A stretch of DNA of 64,000 nt from Yuukianura sp. NJ FZ-2021. Taxonomy: Eukaryota. The DNA is taken from assembly GCA_046563655.1 (NCBI GenBank), contig CM102284.1, forward strand, positions 3,348,001 to 3,412,000. Direction: 5' to 3'. Positions 63,181 through 64,000 of the stretch are shown here, piece by piece (position 1 is the first letter of the stretch; each line of letters opens with the position of its first letter). A model generated the notes under the pieces. The model did no database searches. It saw only the letters and a list, made by a program, of their open reading frames with translations, and was not told the DNA's origin. The position numbers and the translations under genes are program-made.

Positions 63181-64000
63181 ATGGAACAGTGCGAGCAACT
63201 CATTAGGGAGACTTTTCCACGCATAAACGATGACATTTACTCCTATGTTGAAAGTAAGTAAAAACAGCTGTATTTCGGTAAGGAATTGTGTGGCATTGGT
63301 CAACAATTGCAAATACTGACTTGACTGCTTACTGAATACTTCTAATCCGTGTGATTGTTAATCATGTCCCAGGTATTCTTACGGTCAGTCAAGACGACTT
63401 TGAAAATGCCGATGAAATTTACGACGCTCTTGGAGAAGTTTTACTTGAAGTGTCAAGTAACGGGACATCAGATAGCGATGTAAAGTATGTGCCAAATCGC
63501 CTTTTAAACTTGAATTAACTTCGATTGTTCAATTTAGGTTGAGCTGAGGTTTTAAGCCAAACTGCTGATGACGATTATCTTAACTTATATTGTTTTTGTA
63601 CATCAGGAATTTTTGTCGACAAATATGGAGTCTGCTCGGGCTAAGCGAACAAGAAAACAAGAATGGAATTCGTACTCTTGAAGCACCAATACAAATGGCC
63701 AACTTGACTCATGATGCCATTCAGGAAACCTCATCCATTTGGCTAAACGGGGCTAGAGATGATGGACCAAGTAGTGTCAATCAAAAAAAGCTTCAGAAAG
63801 CAGAAGATAAAATTAAACAGAAACAGGAAAAGCGACAACTGATGGATGGTTCTTCTAAACCGAATGGTGTCGCTTCAGGACAGGAATGCCAAGCTTCAGC
63901 AGCCCAAGTGCGTTACTATTAGTTTTGAAATTGTTATTTTCGGATGACTAACGCTATTCCTCTTGTTTCAGGTCATTTCAAAGAAAGAAAGCCGCATGGA
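63181..64000 (+). CDS. ABCF3: ATP-binding cassette sub-family F member 3 (GCN20-like), N-terminal part, truncated by window end
   Basis: Exons 63181-63253, 63373-63485, 63607-63907, 63972 onward. MEQCEQLIRETFPRINDDIYSYVE...DDFENADEIYDALGEVL...LEAPIQM...SIWL...SSVNQKKLQKAEDKIKQKQEKR...ASAAQVISKKESRM matches the ABCF3 N-terminus; the ABC domains are not in the window. Confidence 0.8.

Overview
Eukaryotic, intron-rich, AT-rich genomic DNA. The gene content (arthropod-type agrin, Knickkopf/Skeletor family, CYP2-clan P450, many 60-90 bp GT-AG introns) points to a non-drosophilid arthropod; a springtail-like hexapod is only a guess. Eight protein-coding genes can be assembled by hand from spliced exons: agrin (+, 5' end probably upstream of the window), a SNAPC4-like Myb-repeat gene (+), an apparently C-terminally shortened PSMD5 (-), PGLS (-), a CYP2-clan P450 (-), a Knk/Skeletor-like DM13-DM13-DOMON gene (+), TYW1 (+) and the 5' part of ABCF3 (+). 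Also present: an intronic tRNA-Asp(GTC), four non-autonomous inverted-repeat elements and a 28-bp minisatellite. The most unusual unexplained signal is an exact 15-mer, TAGTTACTCCCTCCA, found five times with unrelated flanks. Four copies lie in or near agrin introns, with one antisense copy positioned like a docking site among three sense copies. Other observations: an internal signal-peptide start in agrin, a 27-nt candidate microexon, and a Y-branched foldback element inside the PSMD5 5'UTR intron. All exon boundaries were read manually and are unverified; family assignments come from recalled motifs, not database searches.
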